A DNA stretch of 64,000 nucleotides, taken from positions 42,568,902 to 42,632,901 of the forward strand of contig NC_057718.1 of the NCBI RefSeq assembly GCF_004010195.1. Reading direction: 5' to 3'. This DNA is from Chiloscyllium plagiosum (lineage: Eukaryota). The translations under genes were made by a program, and so were the position numbers. The notes below the pieces were generated by a model that saw only the letters and a program-made list of their open reading frames with translations, ran no database searches and was not told the origin of the DNA. Shown here piece after piece: positions 49,075-61,853 of this stretch (positions are counted from its first letter, which is position 1; the number at the start of each line of letters is the position of its first letter).

Positions 49075-50800
49075 AACATAATAAAAAAGAAGAAAATAAA
49101 CTGAGTAAACTAGCAAGTAATATAAGAACCAATAGTAAGAGCTTCTTCGAATCTATAAAATAGGAAGAGAAAGGCCAAAATGATCAAATACCCCTTAGAG
49201 AATCAGGGTGGGAAAACAATATTAGGGAACACAGATGGCCAAGGAGTTGAATAAATACTTTGCATCGGTCTTCATGGTAAAGGATGTAAATAGCATTCTA
49301 AAACTTTTAAATTGAAGTGGAAATAAATACAATAACAATCATTGGAGAAGTATGAATGGGGCTAAACGCTGATATGACCTCTGGCCTGATGCACAGCGTC
49401 CTAGTATACTAAAGGAAGTAGTGAAAGAGATAGTGGATGCGCTAGTCATAATTTTCCAGGTATCTTTAGATTCTGGAAATGTCCCAGAGGATTGAAAAAT
49501 CGTCAATGTAGCATCCTCATTCAGAAAGGGAGAAGGATACAATAGTCCAGTAAGCTTAACATCTGTTACTTGAAAATTGTTTGATTCTGTTATAAAGGAT
49601 TTAGTAGCAAAGCATTTAGAAATGCATAATATGACTAAGCAGAGTCAGCATGGCTTTATGAATGGGAAATTATGCCTGACAGATTTATAAGAATTGTTTG
49701 AGGAGGTAGCATGCAACATAGATAAAGGACAGCTAATAAATGTAATGTATTTGAATTTCCAAAAGACATTTGATAAAGTATTGCATATCAGCCTACTCAA
49801 TGGTGTTAGGGTTAGTATATTAGCATGAATACAGGATTGGCTAACTAGTAGATGACAGAGAATTGGGATAGAGGAGCTATTTTCAGAATCGCAACCTATA
49901 ACTTGTGGAATATTAGAGGGATCAGTGGTGCCACTATTATTAATGACTTTGGATGAGGAAAGTTTCCAAATTTGCAGATGATAGAAAAATAGGTGGAACG
50001 GCAAGTGGTAAGGTTAGCACAAAGAGTTTGGGTTAAGGCAAATTATAGCAGATAGAATATAATATGGGAAAATATGAAGTTACACTCTGACAGGAAAATA
50101 GAAAAGCTGAATATTATTTAAATGGATAAAGATTGCAGAAAGCATGGGGATTTGAGAGTCCTCATGCATGAATCACAAGAAGCTTGCATTCAAGTTCATG
50201 GGTAATAAGGAAGGCAAATGGAATGATGGCCTTTACTTCAGAGGGAGATAGAGTATAAAAATAAGTGAATTATGCTGAACTGCACAAGGCAGTAGTCAGA
50301 CCCCAGCTGGAATATTGTGAATATCTTTGCTTCCCTTGTGTAAGTAAAGATATCCTGCCATTGGAGGCAGTCCAAAGTAAATTCACTGAATTGATCCAAA
50401 GAGGTATTTCCATAGGACAAGAAGTTGAATAAGTTGAGCCTAGGCTCATTGGAGAATGAGAGGTGACTTTTTTGAAACATATTCGTGGGGGCTTGACAGG
50501 GTAGATGTTGAATGGTTGCTTCTTTGTGTGGGAGTGTCTATGATAAGAGGGTGCAGTCTCACAGTTAGGGGGTCACTCATTTGAGACAGAGATGAGGTAT
50601 TTTTCTCTTGGAAAACAGTGAATCTGTCAAATTCTTTACTACAGAGATCTGTCAAACTTGAAATAGGTTTTTAATCAATAAGGTAATCACAGGTTATGGT
50701 AATAAGGTGAAAAGGTGGAGTCATGAATATCGGATGAGGAATAATCCCATTGAAATTGGTGCAAACTCGATGGACCAAACAGCCTATTTCTGCTCCTGTG
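49075..50800 (+). mobile_element. Old CR1 ORF2 and 3' UTR, many stops
   Basis: ttgaataaatactttgcatcggtcttc (LNKYFASVF), cagcatggctttatgaatgggaaattatgcctgac (QHGFMNGKLCLT) and cagctggaatattgt. Confidence 0.9.
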
Positions 50801-51214
50801 CCTTATAGAACTTCTGCTTCCAGATCTTCGATTCTGGGGAAAGCTTGCCACTTTTCAGTGATGTCCCCGAGCAGGCCATTCCTAAAAGAAGCAACAAGGG
50901 ATTCCTGCTCGGTCTCCTGCCCTATCACCTCTGTTAAATCTAGCCCACCGAATCTTGTACTGAGTCCTGAGGATTAACGTACAGAGTTCATTGTAGTTTC
51001 ATTGAAGAAAATAAATTTGAAATAGGCAACTCAATCCAGGTAAGTGGAAAAGTGAAAGGTGCAAGGTGATTAATTTGGATTGAGTGTATTTCCCAGAGAA
51101 AGAAGTACAAAATTAAACTAACAAAGATTTTTTTTTCCTGTCAGTCATAAATGGATGAAATAGGTGGAATAAACTAGGCAGTTCTTTTACAAAAGAAAAA
51201 ATATTCCCGACATT

Positions 51215-51375
51215 AGAAATAAAACAGAGAATGCTGGAAATATTCAGCAAGTTTGTCAGCATTTATGGAGGGACAAGTGGCGTTCATGTCTTAGGTTGAT
51301 GACCTTTCATCAGAACTCATTGACCTGAAGCAATAACTCTTGTTCCTCCTATCACAGATGCTGCCAGACCTTTTT
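51215..51375. mobile_element. Inverted pair of PLE terminal fragments (MITE-like)
   Basis: The left arm and the reverse complement of the right arm align imperfectly around a central hammerhead remnant (minus strand CUGAUGAAAGGUCAUCAACCU). Confidence 0.6.
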
Positions 51376-51685
51376 ATTCATTCTCTCTAGCCGTAATATC
51401 ACTTGCAAGACCAGCATGTATTGCCCATCTCAAATTATCCTTGAGAAGGTGATGCTGAGTCACTTTTATGGACCCTGTAGATCATGTGGGTTTACCCACA
51501 GTGCTTTTATTTTTCTGTAGTCATTATGTGGCTTATTGAGCATTTCTGGAGGACAGTTTAGAGTCAACCATGTTGTCGTGGATCTTATGTCTTTTAAAGG
51601 CCAGATCAGGTCATGATGGCAAGTACCTTCCTCGAAGGATATTAATGGACCAGACGAGGTTTTTTTTATGATAATCCAGGAGAAT

Positions 51686-52900
51686 CATAGAGACCTATAG
51701 CACAGAAGAAAAGGCCCTTTAGCCCATTCAGTCTGCACTTGCTAAAAACAACCACCTAACTATTTTCCAGAACTTTGTCAATAGCTTTGTATGCCTTGGG
51801 AATGCAAGTGTATAACTCAATATTACTAAAATGTTGAGGATTTCTGCCTCTACTGCTTTCTGTGGTAAACAAACTTTCCTCGCATTTTCTTTAAACCTAC
51901 TGCCCCTTACCTCAAATCTATGCTCCCTGGTCATTGATTCCTTCACCAAGGCCGCCTTATCTACCTTGTCTATGCTTCTCATAATTTTACCCATTTTAAT
52001 CACATACCCCCTCAATCTTCTCTGCTTCAAGGAAAACAATGCCAGTCTATCCAATCTCTCTTCATAACTAAAACTCTTTAACCAAGGCACCATCCTGGTA
52101 AATCTCTGTACACCCTCTCCAGTGCTGTTGCATCCTCCTATGATGTGGATTCAGAACTGTACACAAAACTTTAGTTGTGGGTTAACCAACATGCCTGCTC
52201 TTAAGCTCTATACCTTGGCTAATAAAATACTCCATGTGACTTCTTAATTATGTTAGGTGACTTCTACCTTAAGGGACAGTTGGACATGCTCGCCTTCTGA
52301 TCCTCCGAGCTTCCCAGGTTTCTACCGTTCATCACATTTTCTTTTACCTGTTTGACCTGCCCAAGTGCATCACTTTACCGGATTGCCACTGATCAGCCCA
52401 TCTGACCAGGCTATCTCCTTTCTATTTACCACCCCACCAATTTTTGTATCATCTACAAACTTACTGATCATCGTTGTGCATTCAAGTCCAAATCCTTTCC
52501 ATATACCACAAATAACCCCCAACACTGATCGCTGCAGAATCCCACTGGACAGAAGCCTCCAGTGACGGAAATACCCGCAACCATTAACCGCTGCTTCAGC
52601 AAAATATCCTTGGATCCGATGGGCTCTTACCTTTGCTATCAGTCTCCCATGCAAGACTTTATCAAAAGCCATGCTGAAATCCAAGTAGAGTATGTCGAAT
52701 GCATTGCCCTCATCTACACACCTGGCTGCCTCTTCAAAAAATTCAATCAAGTTGGTGAGACATGACCTCCCCTTAACAAAACCTTGCTGACTATTCTTGA
52801 TTAATCCCTGACTCTCCAAGTTTAGATTAATTCCATCCCTCAGAATTGCTTACAATGGTTTCCCCACCACTGCAGTTGGACTGACAGATTTGTAGAATTG
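51686..52900 (-). mobile_element. Old CR1 ORF2 and 3' UTR
   Basis: ORF 52370-52819 has QQGFVKGRSCLTNLIEFFE..YLDFSMAFDKV..KFVDDTKIGG. ORF 51728-52093 has SYEERLDRL. Confidence 0.9.
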
Positions 52901-55135
52901 AGCCATGCAAATTAGAAATATTGCAGATTTAACAGTCAGCAAGTGCAATGAGAACTGGTCCCAGGCATGGGGACAGTAGATTCTGATGTTATTATAACTC
53001 CTCTGAACTAATTTCTCTCATGTTCCAGTCCGCTACATATGAACTCCAGAAGCCCACAAGTGTGTTTGATTATTTTCTGTACCTATTCAGGGTGTTTCAA
53101 TGATCCATGTTCCTGGATTCCAACTCCTATTTGCCCTCCACTGTTTCTAAATTTGCACCATTCATTAGGTACCTGATGCATAAAGTTTAGGCATAAAGTG
53201 AATGTCCTAATGTTTATGTGTTTTGAAGTCCATTGCCACAGTTTTATTCATTCACTTAATCTAATCAATAATCTTTATAATTTTCTTTTTCTGTCTGTAT
53301 TGCTTACAGTGCAAACTTTGTTTGTGCCATCAACAAATTCTGGATATGTGGCTTTTTTTATCTTACTAACTCTTCCTTATTTTTATCAATGGGTTAGATG
53401 AATTCCAGTGGAGATCCTTGCCACACTGTCTGCTGATTGGAATGCCTACTCATTGTCTGAATGGTAGGAGAAGAAACTATAATTTCCTAACCAGCTCAAT
53501 ACTTACTGGAATTCCATGAGCTTCAGCTTCAGTGATTAAAATTTTTATCAAATGCCTGCTAGAATTCCTTAGAAATAATATTCTGAGACATTCCCCTGTC
53601 TAGTACTTGAAATACCTCTTCAAAAAACTCAAGGACCTCCTCATTTCAATTTTCTGTTATAAAGGAATGGTTCTCAGCCCTGACCCCCTCACCCCCATCA
53701 CCCAGGTTGCCAGATTTATTTTGGGTGTGGGGTAGTGGAGGGGGTAGGGTGCCAGGTATATGAGTTAAGGAGTAAAATTGGGGGATGGGTGTTGGGTTCA
53801 GCAATATTGAACCTGGCAGAGTCAGAGCTATTCAATCTGGGCTGTGTCAGGAATGGCGGTGGGCATTTGTACTGTGCTTAATTAGGGGTTCAATTTAAAT
53901 TACCCAGGATTTAGAGCAAGTTGTTAATCCTTTAATAATTCTTGAGTGACTGTTAAGTTTAGACAATTCGTATTAGGGTTCATATGGCTCAATGGTAACG
54001 TCGCTATCTTTGAGTCAGAAGAGCTGATTTCAAGTTCACCTCCTGATGTGAACAGTAACAATTATGAACAGGTTGATTAGTGATAAGTCATAAGTCTTCA
54101 AAATCTGACTCCAAGGAACTTCTAATTTCCTGGGCAATTCTCAAGACTTGGCGGCATCAATATTTCAGCATGATGCCTTTACAAAACTTCCATTTACCCT
54201 ATAGAAACAATTACCAAGCAAACAGAAATTTCAGAAAAATATAATATTCTCACTTTTCTTTAGACCCCTAGAATGGAACCCATTGATCCTGCATTTTATG
54301 TATTACTTTAAGTGACTATGGGATTTATTATGGAACCAGGATGTAAAGCAGCACGTAATCAGCAGCCAGGAGTTGTATAGTAGCGGTGTACGAGTTGTAT
54401 CTTTTACTGTGGCTGTGAGTAATGTTTACTGAATTTCTCGAATAGATCTGTTTGTTGAGCAGTTCTGTAATATATATTTATATTTTGACATCTTTAAATA
54501 AATCAAACCCGCTTGCAGTTCACCAGTCCTGTGCATGAGATTGGCAAATTTGTTTTAATGAACCTCAAATCATAATATGGTCGCAGTGATGAGAGTTTAA
54601 AAACCATGGAGGGAGGGGATATCAATGTGAATGAGAACAATATGGCAGTTCGGAGTTGTGTTGTGTAGTTGGTTTTGCATTGCAGAAAAGCCATAAGCTT
54701 ATTGAGACATCCTCAGGTGCTATTCCTGTGAAAGAGAAACCAAAAAGTTCAAAATGAGGAAATTGAGCCATTGGGATGCAAATGGCCTAAATTTGAACTG
54801 TAGTCAAAAATAAAGGAAGAGAGCAATTTAAACAAAAATCTATAATACATTTAATATATTCTAAAAGTTACAAATCCCCTATTAGCTAAGCATCTGAAAA
54901 AGATTGGGAATATTAAGGAAGTGACTGAAGAACATTCCCCAGCATGATTTGGAAGTCCACACGTGTCATTTCCTTATTTAGAACTTTCAATCAGAGCTGG
55001 AATTATGCTTTTTAGATTTATCTGTCACAGACCTGAATAAACAAGTGGTGAAAGTACAGGTAACTAATGGAAATGGTTGAATTAGGTTTGTTCAAGGAGG
55101 TGCTGTGGTTCTGTTCGCCGAACTGGAAGTTTTTG

Positions 55136-55178
55136 TTGCAAACGTTTCGTCCCCTGTCTAGGTGACATCCTCAGTGCT
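55136..55178 (-). ncRNA. Minimal type I hammerhead ribozyme motif
   Basis: Minus strand GCA-CUGAGGA-U-GUCACCU(AGAC)AGGGGAC-GAAA-CG-UU-UGC has an intact core and a palindromic AAACGUUU stem III. Confidence 0.7.
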
Positions 55179-55475
55179 TGGGAGCCTCCTGTGAAGCGCT
55201 TCTGTGGTGTTTCCTCCGGCATTTATAGTGGCCTGTCCCTGCCATTTCCGGTTGTCAGTTTCAGCTGTCCCCTGTAGTGGCCGGTATACTGGGTCAAGGT
55301 CTATGTGTTTGTTGATGGAGTTTGTGGATGAGTGCCAAGCTTCTAGGAATTCCCTGGCTGTTCTTTGTTTCGCTTGCCCTATAATGGTAGTGTTGTCCCA
55401 GTCAAATTCATGTTGCTTGTCGTCTGCGTGTGTGGCTACGAGGGATAGCTGGTCGTGTCGTTTCGTGGCTAGTTG

Positions 55476-55755
55476 ATGGTTTACTAAAATACAAAGGGAT
55501 CTTGAACAAATGGGTCATGGGCTGAAAAATGGCAGATGGAATTCAATCTAGAGAAGCGAGGTATTGCATTTTGGCACAGCATACAAGGGTTGGGGTTATA
55601 CAATTAATGGTAGGGTCTTGGTAGTGTTGTAGAACAGAGGGACCTAGACGTGCAGGTACACAATTGTTTAAAGTTTGCATCACATATAGACAGGGTGACT
55701 AAAAGGGCATTTGGCGCACTTGCCTTCATTGCTCAGTGCTCTGAGTATAGGAGTT
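55476..55755 (+). mobile_element. Internal CR1 ORF2 fragment without a 3' tail
   Basis: aaatggcagatggaattcaatctagagaag (KWQMEFNLEK) and ttgcattttggc; ends at gagtataggagtt. Confidence 0.85.
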
Positions 55756-58641
55756 CTTGTGTACCTTGTGGTGAATTCTCCGTTTGGTGTTCTCTGTACC
55801 CTCACGTCTAGGAATGGGAGTTGGTTGTCCTTTTCTTCCTCTCTCGTGAATCGGATTCCTGTGAGTGTGGAGTTGATGATCCGGTGTGTATTCTCTATTT
55901 CCGTGTTTTTAATGATTACAAAGGTGTCATCAACGTATCTGACCCAGAGTTTGGGTTGAATTTGTGGTAAGACTGTTTGTTCTAACCTTTGCATTACTGC
56001 TTCTGCTATGAGTCCCGTTCAAGGAGGATCAGAAGGACCCTGTTACATTGCAGAATACTTCATGTAAAGGTGAACTTCAGAATGTATCAGTTGGAGTCTT
56101 CAAATAAGTTAAATCTACTTATGTACTAGTCCTGTGTGTGTGTTTACTTAAAGGAATCCAGAAGCACAAACAACAATTGAGATTTCTAACATTTATGTGC
56201 TTTCTAACACTATGTTCTTAAATGTTACCAAACATAATAATAATTTAGACACCAAATTAGCTAAGCAACAGGAAACATTTAGCAAATGCTGAATGGTTAT
56301 TTTGTAGACTGGAAGAAGGTATACACTGTTTTCCCAAGGGTTAGTGAAGAACAGCCCCTGTGTTTCTTGATGTATTTTAGGTGTGCAATGCAAAAGCAAA
56401 AATCTTTTTATGTTGCTGTTGGTATCCCTTCCAATTTGTTTCCATGTTCCATTTTTAACATTCATGCTATCTATTTATCAGCTCTTATAGTTCTCTCATT
56501 TGCTAGGGTCTGTGCTTATCTTTGGCATTTTTCTATGTTTTTTTCTTTTATTTCTGGTTGTTGGTTCACATTTCACTGTAGAGTCTTGAACATTTAACCT
56601 AAGCTGATACTTCATCTTCGTACTGAGGAAGTGATGCACTGTTGGATATACAATCTTTTAGGTGAAATATTAAACCACATCCCTGCATTATAGCAGCGAT
56701 TTTACTTTTAAATTGTTGGAGACTGTAAAATATTTAATGTAGTTTGAGTTCACACAAGATATTACATAAATCTGAGTATTTTCCTTCTAATACATTCAAG
56801 TATTAGCTTTAGAATTTTCACCAAGCAAGAAATGCTATGTGGAATATTTGCTTTAAAATGCCATGAATTGGAACATCTGACGTCCCCAAGGTGAGTGTTT
56901 ATGATTGAGCCTTCCAAATTAGTTTCATAAATGGCCTCTCCCTGGCTATTGGCCAGAACCGATGGCACACCATTTTTCAAGTGAGTTCCTCCTTATTTTA
57001 ATATAAATCTTACACTTCCCTGGAACTGCTTTTATTAGCAAATGTAGATACACTTCAGCAAAGTATTCTGGATGGAATAGCATCTGATAAATTAAAAGTT
57101 TTGCAATCATTGATCATCTATGTAGCTTCAAATTAATACTACTGTCGCCATTGAAAAATGTACGTCAGGAATACTGTTTTCTCATGCTGAAATTTAGACA
57201 ATTTGTTTCCAGACAGCCAGAGCAGTTTCCAGCCTATTTTTGGAGCCCCTCCATGGCCCAGCCATACATTCTAACATAATTTATGGGAACTGTGTGACAT
57301 ATAGACTTTTCATCATTTTCCAGCTCTAAATTCTCAATTGAAATAGCAATTTTATAGGATTTTGGGAGAATGTTGGTGTGGAAAAAGACCTTTTAATATG
57401 TCTTATGTGCGAATGAATGTTTTTTTTAGATGAAGTCCATCTTGTTTTGTTTATAAACATGGCTTTGAGCAAATTATCTGTTGTTAATTATAATTCAGGT
57501 AAGATAAGGCCATGTAAAAGGGGTATGCTTGTTTATTGGTTGCTTGCCCCAATGTTAAATCTGTTGTCGTCATTCCTGTACATCACAGCCCTCACAGTAG
57601 CTATTACTATAAAACGCTCTCTAAGTACATAAAGGTTCTAATCGTTAAGATTTTTATTACCAGCCACACATACAGAGCAGCACAATTGCCTTGTTTCAGA
57701 TTTATTATGTATTACTCTAGAAATTCTATAAAGATCAAAAGAACTGATTACAATGTTGACCTTTGCATTAACTCATCTAAATTTAAATTCAAGTGTTTGA
57801 TTTGGGAAAATAAGTCCATTTATCATAGGCCTGCTACAGAAGGGATTTTGCAGACTTGATTGGGATTGCAGAGACCAAATTTATTTATTGAGCGTGTGCC
57901 TGAAAATTGTTTGCAGGACAAGAAAACCTGAAAGTTCAGTCAGTGTATTGTGCCATATTGGCAAAACACTTCTTACTCTCACAAAGATGTTTTTAATACA
58001 AAATTGATCCTTCAGTTTATCTTCAAGAGACTTGTAATGAAAAATGGGCACAAAGACACAAATATTGGTATTGAACTTCAGTGTTCAATCATTTTAAGAA
58101 CATATGTTTTGTTATTAACATTTTCAAAATCTCTTATTTTGAAATGTTCGTATAAATTTATCTCACTATGTAGCAATTAAATTGTTTTTGTCCCTTTTCA
58201 GCAATCTGAAAATTTTGATTTGCTATTGATCGAGTCATATGCCCTAACAATGATGAGCATCATTTGGCAAAGTGATAGCATGAAACAGTTTACCTATTAT
58301 TTTATCAGAATGCATCACCACAGTCAAAAGTACATTTGTAATACATATGACTGTGACTTTCTACAGGAGTATTAATTGGAGTAGAGAAAGGAATGATTAG
58401 ATGAGGGCTCGCAATCCTAATTCACTTCACCTTTTAAAGTAATGTGTTTTGGTCATTTTGCAGTGTTGCTTAGATTTTAAGATTGTGTTGAGAGTCAAGT
58501 AAATATGTGTGACACATTGGTAAGCAGAAATGCAGTTCCTGGTTATAGCATAATGATTTCTCTGTCATGCAGGCTGATGAAAGTTCTACATTGCAAAGCC
58601 AAAGGAGTTTTTGATAAAAGGTGGTGTGTGCTTTTTTTCTA

Positions 58642-59405
58642 TACTATATATAGTAGTATAGAGAAAAACCAAACATCGTGAGTAAAATTCGATCCCGTGT
58701 AAAAGTCTACCCCCTATTTTGGCCAAAAATCTGGGATTTTCCATATATCTTGTGTAAACATTGACCCTAATTCTTCACCGATAACAGGTCAACATTTGGG
58801 AGTCAAGGTATTATCCTGTACGTAAACGTTAGGATAAGGAAATGCTTTTTTTCTCATGCAATTATGTGTTTTGATGTACAATTTACACCAATGTTAGGCT
58901 ACAGATTTCTTAAGTTCATTTTCAAAAGAACACTATAATTAGCGTGATGCAAAGTTTATCACACCATCAGTTCCTCTATAAGATAGGCCTATTTGCATTT
59001 ATTTCACTATAATTACCATGCAGCTGTTGACTATTTCTCACAGCTACAATAATCAGTGAGATTGTATGAGGGTCAAATGTCTGATATTTTTTTATATCAG
59101 AAATAAAAGCTTAATAGGTTAGTTTGAAAAGTAAAAACAACAGTAAATGAGAGAAAACGGAGGGAAATTTGGCACAAAGGTTGAAGACGCATCAGCTCAG
59201 TCAAGTGACAGCCTCCCTTTGTGTGCAGCTCAGCTGAGCTCAGTTCCCCTGTAACATCTGTGGAATTATTGTAATTTGTTTTTTTCTCTTTATTCATTTA
59301 GAGATCAATTGGGCTTCTGCTAATGCTATGGTATTTTAGACTGCAGTGTGAATTAACCTAAAAAAAGTCTAAAAAATTTGATATTTACATGAATATATAC
59401 AGTAT
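58642..59405. mobile_element. Degraded Tc1/mariner-superfamily (Tc2-like) non-autonomous element
   Basis: The right end reverse-complemented reads TA-CTGTATATATTCATGTAAATATCAA. The left end TA-CTATATATA is followed by repeated gtgtaaaagtc(g/t)accc motifs. Confidence 0.5.
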
Positions 59406-59439
59406 ATAATTTTTTTTAAGAGTTTCGATTTCAAACTAT

Positions 59440-60225
59440 TGGCATGAGGGTAAAAGTTTGTTTTTGTGAAGGGGTTGAAAAATTAATTAGGTTAGTCTTT
59501 CGAGAGCCATGATTTTAAACATATGTATGTGTCAGCAAGCAGGTGATTGCAAGGACCACTAGATTCTTGATGAAAGTTTGTTTTTATTATGGGGGTTTAC
59601 ACCAGGAAAGAAAAAACATGAAACCAACAGCTGTAGCGGGACCTAAGATGAGCAAGCTTTCTAAAAGTTCAGTTGAAGAGCTTATGGATTCAGTTCAAAG
59701 GAGGACTGACTGAAGTTAGAAACAAGCATACATTCTCCAAGAAAAGGAGATTGTTCAGACCATTTACTGAATTAAGATTAAGTGAAATGGTGTATTTTGT
59801 GGAACTATTGGTTAAAACTCAGATTATTAAAGAACTGTGTATGTCTAAACTTCCAGCTGTGAATGTAGTTGGGGAAAAGGCCTCATTGCTCAGAACTGGA
59901 ATGGAGAGGAAACAAACCGACAGATTTGGTAGAGCAGGAAAAATTCTCTGGAATTTAATTAACTATAAAGTGTTAGTGTTGGGGATAGAGGGGGATTTTG
60001 ATTCACTGTGTGATTTGAAATCATTTAAACTGTATAAGATAACAGGGTTTTATTTGTTTTACTTTTATTTATTTCATGCAATTACATTTGTTTAATTATT
60101 AAAATCAAATCTGCAGCCTTGCGTGTTTTAATAGTAAATTAAAGAGAAGAAAGCATGATCTATCAAGCCAAATTTCATTCGGGGATCTGACTTGGCCGGT
60201 CGCATCACCAGCTAGGATCAAAACA
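59440..60225 (+). mobile_element. Possible solo LTR
   Basis: Termini are TGGCATGA...TCAAAACA; no matching TSD. Confidence 0.4.
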
Positions 60226-60267
60226 AATTAGTGTCAGAATTGGATAAGTATATAATAGTATCAAGTA

Positions 60268-60925
60268 AGATATACAAAGACACAAATTAAGGGCAGCAGT
60301 AAGCAACCTGGCCTTTTCAGCCTGTTCCACGATCCAATAGAATCATATTTGATTTGATACTGATGTTTTGCGATTCATGCACAATCACACCCAGATCCTC
60401 TGTCTTTTTAAAATTCTGCAGTCACTCACCATATGGATAATATCCTTTTTTTAAAAGCTCTTCCTGCTAGAATGAACAATTTCACATTTTCCCACGTTAC
60501 ATTCAATTTGCCTGATCTTTGCCCACATTCTAAACATATCTGTATCCATTTTTTTGTCTGCTTAAGCCCTCTTCAAAGTTTACATATCCATCTATCTTTG
60601 TCTCATTGGTAAAACTAACAAACACACCTTCAGTCCCTTCATCCAAGTTATTTATATGAGTTCTGAAAAGTTGAGGCCTGAGGATTGATCCCTATGGCAC
60701 ACCACTCATTACTTCTTGCCAACCAGAAAATGGCCTATTTTCTATTTTTCCTGTCAACTTATCAGTCTTCTGTCCATGCTAATATGTTACCTCCCACGCC
60801 AGAACGTTTCATTTTCCACAGTAACCTTTGACGTGGCACCTGCAAATCTAATTACAATACATCTACCAGTTTTCCTTTATTCAGAGCACATGTTGCATCT
60901 TCAAAGAACACTAAATTTGATCCCT
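60268..60925 (-). mobile_element. Old CR1 fragments
   Basis: gatccctatggcacaccact (minus strand SGVP*GS) and ttcacatttt..acattcaatttgcc. Confidence 0.7.
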
Positions 60926-61817
60926 ATGGGAGAGGCAACTTCATTAAAGGCATTAAAGATGAGCTGATTAGTTTTAACTATGCTATGATGAATAGATTGC
61001 ACATATCGGTTAGCCGATGTAAATTCCTAACTGTTACATACTAATGTTCACAGAACTGAACAACAAAGGTAAGGAATTATAATTGGATAATCTAATTAAC
61101 ATGTCAACTGCTGTAAATATATTAAGAACGATCAATCTACAACAGTTGTAGTCACAAAGAATGTAATTCATAAGTTTGAAAAAGACAATATTTTCACTAG
61201 ATTCCCCTGCCAGACACCAGTCAATCTGTCCTTTCTAGCACAGTAGGAGCTTCCTTTTCTGCTCCTATCCCTATGGTCTCTTCCAGAATACTTAGTGCTT
61301 GACAAGAAGCTGAAAAGTTGCCCCTGTCCTGCTAAGTATCCCTGTCAACATCTGGTTTTCTTGTGGCTATCGTGGTACCAGGAAGAATTGGCTGACTATT
61401 TGAGCAGGAAGAAATACATAAAGAAGTCAAAACCATAATAGGTATGAGTTGCAGAGGAGTCAGTAGGAGAAAGGCTTCCAAACACAAGTGTAGGGTTAAA
61501 ATTAAGTGGGTTATATTAGAGGTTGGATATGACAGCAAGCTGGAAACTATAGAAAAGGCATTTCAAAATGGCCATCATCTTGGAGACAAAAAAAATTCAT
61601 CAGGTTACAAATCAGTTCTGCACTGGTTTGCGTTTTGTAACCCGTCGGCTTGAATTATTGTAGGGGTAGGCAGCATGCAAATTTGGTTCTGCCTTCTCAT
61701 TTACCTGATTGAAGCAGTGGCCTGAACGTAGCCCATGCTATTGGCTGTTTTGGCTGCTCAACAGAGGGCTGCTGTGCAGTAGGTTATAGCAGTGGTGCAG
61801 CCAACCAGCTGTTCTTT

Positions 61818-61853
61818 AATGGCAGTTTCCCCTGTGAATGGCAGTTTCCCCTG
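61818..61853. repeat. 19-bp period tandem duplication
   Basis: aatggcagtttcccctg occurs twice. Confidence 0.85.

Larger units (their letters stand above)
55101..56016 (-). mobile_element. 5'-truncated Poseidon-like PLE with an 11-bp TSD and an internal CR1 fragment
   Basis: ORF 55680-55994 has WVRYVDDTFVI..LPFLDV. GTTCAAGGAGG is at 55090-55100 and 56017-56027. Confidence 0.9.

Noticed and set aside
54346..54370. AAGCAGCACGTAA resembling the miR-15/16 family 5' end
   Set aside because: No complementary arm nearby, so no pre-miRNA hairpin.
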